A stretch of DNA of 64,000 bases. Source: Haliotis rufescens. Lineage: Eukaryota. Location: assembly GCF_023055435.1 (NCBI RefSeq), contig NW_025963791.1, forward strand, positions 33,108,001 to 33,172,000, read 5' to 3'. The notes under the pieces were generated by a model that made no database searches, was not told the origin of the DNA, and was given only the letters and a program-made list of their open reading frames with translations. Position 1 is the first letter of the stretch. Every line of letters starts with the position of its first letter. Positions 60,739 through 64,000 of the stretch are shown here, in pieces. The position numbers and the translations under genes were made by a program.

Positions 60739-63700
60739 TGTGTCACCAGTTTATATCTGGAGAGATAGTGACGCTGTGGCCTAAAACAGTATTGTGCATG
60801 TGGCTGCCAGCTGTGTCCTGTGTCACCAGTTTGTATGTGGAGAGAGTGACGCCGTGGCCTATAACAGTATTGTGCATGTGGCTGCCAGCTGTGTCCTGTG
60901 TCACCAGTTTATATCTGGAGAGATAGTGACGCTGTGGCCTATAACAGTATTGTGCATGTGGCTTCCAGCTGTGTCACCAGTTTATACCTGGAGAGAGAGG
61001 GACGTTGTGGCCTATAACAGTATTGTGCATGTGGTTGCCAGCTCTGTCCTGTGTCACCAGTTTGTATCCGGAGAGAGTGACGCTGTGGCCTATAACAGTA
61101 TTGTGCATGTGGCTGCCAGATCTGCCCTGTGTCACCAGTTTATATCTGGAGAGATAGTGACGCTGTGGCCTATAACAGTATTGTGCATGTGGCTGCCAGC
61201 TGTGTCCTGTGTCACCAGTTTATACCTGGAGAGAGAGTGACGCTGTGGCCTATAACAGTATTGTGCATGTGGTTGCCAGCTCTGCCCTGTGTCACCAGTT
61301 TGTATCCGGAGAGAGTGACGCTGTGGCCTATAACAGTATTGTGCATGTGGCTGTCAGCTCTGCCCTGTGTCACCAGTTTATATCTGGAGAGATAGTGACG
61401 CTGTGGCCTATAACATTATTGTGCATGTGGCTTCCAGCTGTCCTGTGTCACCAGTTTATATCTGGAGAGAGTGGGGCGCTGTGGTCTATAACAGTATTGT
61501 GCATGTGGCTGCCAGCTGTGTCCTGTGTCACCAGTTTGTATGTGGAGAGAGTGACGCCGTGGCCTATAACAGTATTGTGCATGTGGCTGCCAGCTGTGTC
61601 CTGTGTCACCAGTTTATATCTGGAGAGATAGTGACGCTGTGGCCTATAACAGTATTGTGCATGTGGCTGCCAGCTGTGTCCTGTGTCACCAGTTTATACC
61701 TGGAGAGAGAGTGACGCTGTGGCCTATAACAGTATTGTGCATGTGGTTGCCAGCTCTGCCCTGTGTCACCAGTTTGTATCCGGAGAGAGTGACGCTGTGG
61801 CCTATAACAGTATTGTGCATGTGGCTGTCAGCTCTGCCCTGTGTCACCAGTTTATATCTGGAGAGATAGTGACGCTGTGGCCTATAACATTATTGTGCAT
61901 GTGGCTTCCAGCTGTCCTGTGTCACCAGTTTATATCTGGAGAGAGTGGGGCGCTGTGGTCTATAACAGTATTGTGCATGTGGCTGCCAGCTGTGTCCTGT
62001 GTCACCAGTTTGTATGTGGAGAGAGTGACGCCGTGGCCTATAACAGTATTGTGCATGTGGCTGCCAGCTGTGTCCTGTGTCACCAGTTTATATCTGGAGA
62101 GATAGTGACGCTGTGGCCTATAACAGTATTGTGCATGTGGCTTCCAGCTGTGTCACCAGTTTATACCTGGAGAGAGAGGGACGTTGTGGCCTATAACAGT
62201 ATTGTGCATGTGGTTGCCAGCTCTGCCCTGTGTCACCAGTTTGTATCTGGAGAGAGTGACGCTGTGGCCTATAACAGTATTGTGCATGTGGCTTCCAGCT
62301 GTGCCCTGTGTCACCAGTTTATATCTGAAGAGAGAGTAACGCTGTGGCCTATAACAGTATTGTACATGTGGCTACCAGCTGTGTCACCAGTTTATATCTG
62401 TAGAGAGAGTGACGCTGTGGCCTATAATAGTATTGTGCATGTGGCTGCCATCTGTGTCCTTTGTCACCAGTTTATACCTGGAGAGAGAGTGACGCTGTGG
62501 ATTATAACAGAATTGTGCATGTGGTTGCCAGCTCTGCCCGGTGTCACCAGTTTATATCTGGAGAGATAGTGACGCTGTGGCCTATAATAGTATTGTGCAT
62601 GTGGCTGCCAGCTGTGTCCTTTGTCACCAGTTTATACCTGGAGAGAGAGTGACGCTGTGGATTATAACAGTATTGTGCATGTGGTTGCCAGCTCTGCCCG
62701 GTGTCACCAGTTTATATCTGGAGAGAGAGTGACGCTGTGGCCTATAGCAGTATTGTGCATGTGGCTGCCAGCTCTGCCCTGTGTCACCAGTTTATATCTG
62801 GAGAGATAGTGACGCTGTGGCCTATAACAGTATTGTGCATGTGGCTGTCAGCTCTGCCCTGTGTCACCAGTTTATATCTGTAGAGAGAGTGACGCTGTGG
62901 CCTATTACAGTATTGTGCATGTGGCTGCCAGCTGTGTCCTTTTTCACCAGTTTATATCCGGAGAGAGAGGGACGCTGTGGCCTATAACAGTATTGTGCAT
63001 GTGGCTGCCAGCTGTGTCACCAGTTTATATCTGTAGAGAGAGTGACGCTGTGGCCTATAACAGTATTGTGCATGTGGCTGCCAGCTGTGTCCTTTTTCAC
63101 CAGTTTATATCTGGAGAGAGAGGGACGCTGTGGCCTATAACAGTATTGTGCATGTGGCTGCCAGCTGTGTCACCAGTTTGTATTTGGAGAGATAGTGACG
63201 CTGTGGCCTATAACAGTATTGTGCATGTGGCTTCCAGCTGTGTCCTTTGTCACCAGTTTATATCTGGAGAGAGAGGGACGCTGTGACCTATAACAGCATT
63301 GAACATGTGGCTTCCAGCTCTGCCCTGTGTCACCAGTTTATATCTGGAGAGAGGGGCGCTGTGGCCTATAACAGTAGTGTGCATGTGGCTGCCAGCTGTG
63401 TCCTGTGTCAACAGTTTATATCTGAAGAGAGAATGACGCTGTGGCCTATAACAGTATTGTGCATGTGGCTTCCAGCTGTGTCCTGTGTCACCAGTTTATA
63501 TCTGGAGAGAGAGGGACGCTGTGGTCTATAACAGTATTGTGCATGTGGCTTCCAGCTGTCCTGTGTCACCAGTTTATATCTGGAGAGAGTGGGGCGCTGT
63601 GGTCTATAACAGTATTGTACATGTGGCTACCAGCTGTGTCACCAGTTTATATCTGGAGAGAGTGGGGCGCTGTGGTCTATAACAGTATTGTACATGTGGC

Positions 63701-64000
63701 TACCAGCTGTCCTGTGTCACCAGTTTATATCTGGAGAGAGAGGGACGCTGTGGTCTATAACAGTATTGTACATGTGGCTACCAGCTGTCCTGTGTCACCA
63801 GTTTATATCTGGAGAGAGAGGGACGCTGTGGTCTATAACAGTATTGTGCATGTGGCTTCCAGCTGTCCTGTGTCACCAGTTTATATCTGGAGAGAGAATG
63901 ACGCTGTGGCCTATAACAGTATTGCGCATGTGGCTTCCAGCTGTGTCCTGTGTCACCAGTTTATATCTGGAGAGAGAGGGACGCTGTGGTCTATAACAGT
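60739..64000 (+). repeat. 80-bp satellite array (~40 units, runs off the window)
   Basis: Same unit; includes a 474-bp higher-order duplication (61129.. vs 61603..). Confidence 0.97.

Noticed and set aside
60723-64000. Many overlapping ORFs and a regular repeat that might suggest a CRISPR-like array
   Set aside because: Head-to-tail 80-bp satellite with no unique spacers and no cas genes, in a eukaryotic context.

Overview
Eukaryotic, AT-rich, repeat-dense genomic DNA with four N gaps. It is probably from a marine invertebrate, most likely a mollusc (abalone-like); this is inferred from gene and SINE content only. The window is a tandem, minus-strand cluster of two-coding-exon TRIM genes (C3HC4 RING exon; phase-1 intron; large exon with B-box1, B-box2, coiled coil and NHL-like six-bladed beta-propeller). 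TRIM-A (5438-2645) is frameshifted near the C-terminus. TRIM-B (12643-11316) is a deleted pseudogene. TRIM-C (25843-23152) is intact, 647 aa, and is followed by two extra tandem copies of its last ~120 codons plus 3' flank. TRIM-D (40259-37477) is intact, 641 aa. TRIM-E (57587-54726) has a 20-nt deletion after the ATG but an intact exon 2. There is also a 'ghost' unit with flanks but no CDS. Paralog differences concentrate in the propeller loops that form the ligand/RNA-binding face in characterised NHL domains, the copies are mosaics of each other, and an ISRE/IRF-type motif lies upstream of TRIM-A and TRIM-D. Together this suggests an infection-inducible, diversifying family of sensor E3 ligases. 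A FUT10/FUT11-like GT10 fucosyltransferase ending in the ER-retrieval-like motif QEDL sits inside the cluster. The rest is SINEs of three or four families (several with TSDs and empty paralogous sites), hAT-like and Tc1/pogo-like MITEs, LINE and Tc1 relics, an 80-bp satellite and several minisatellites. No prokaryotic features or CRISPR arrays.
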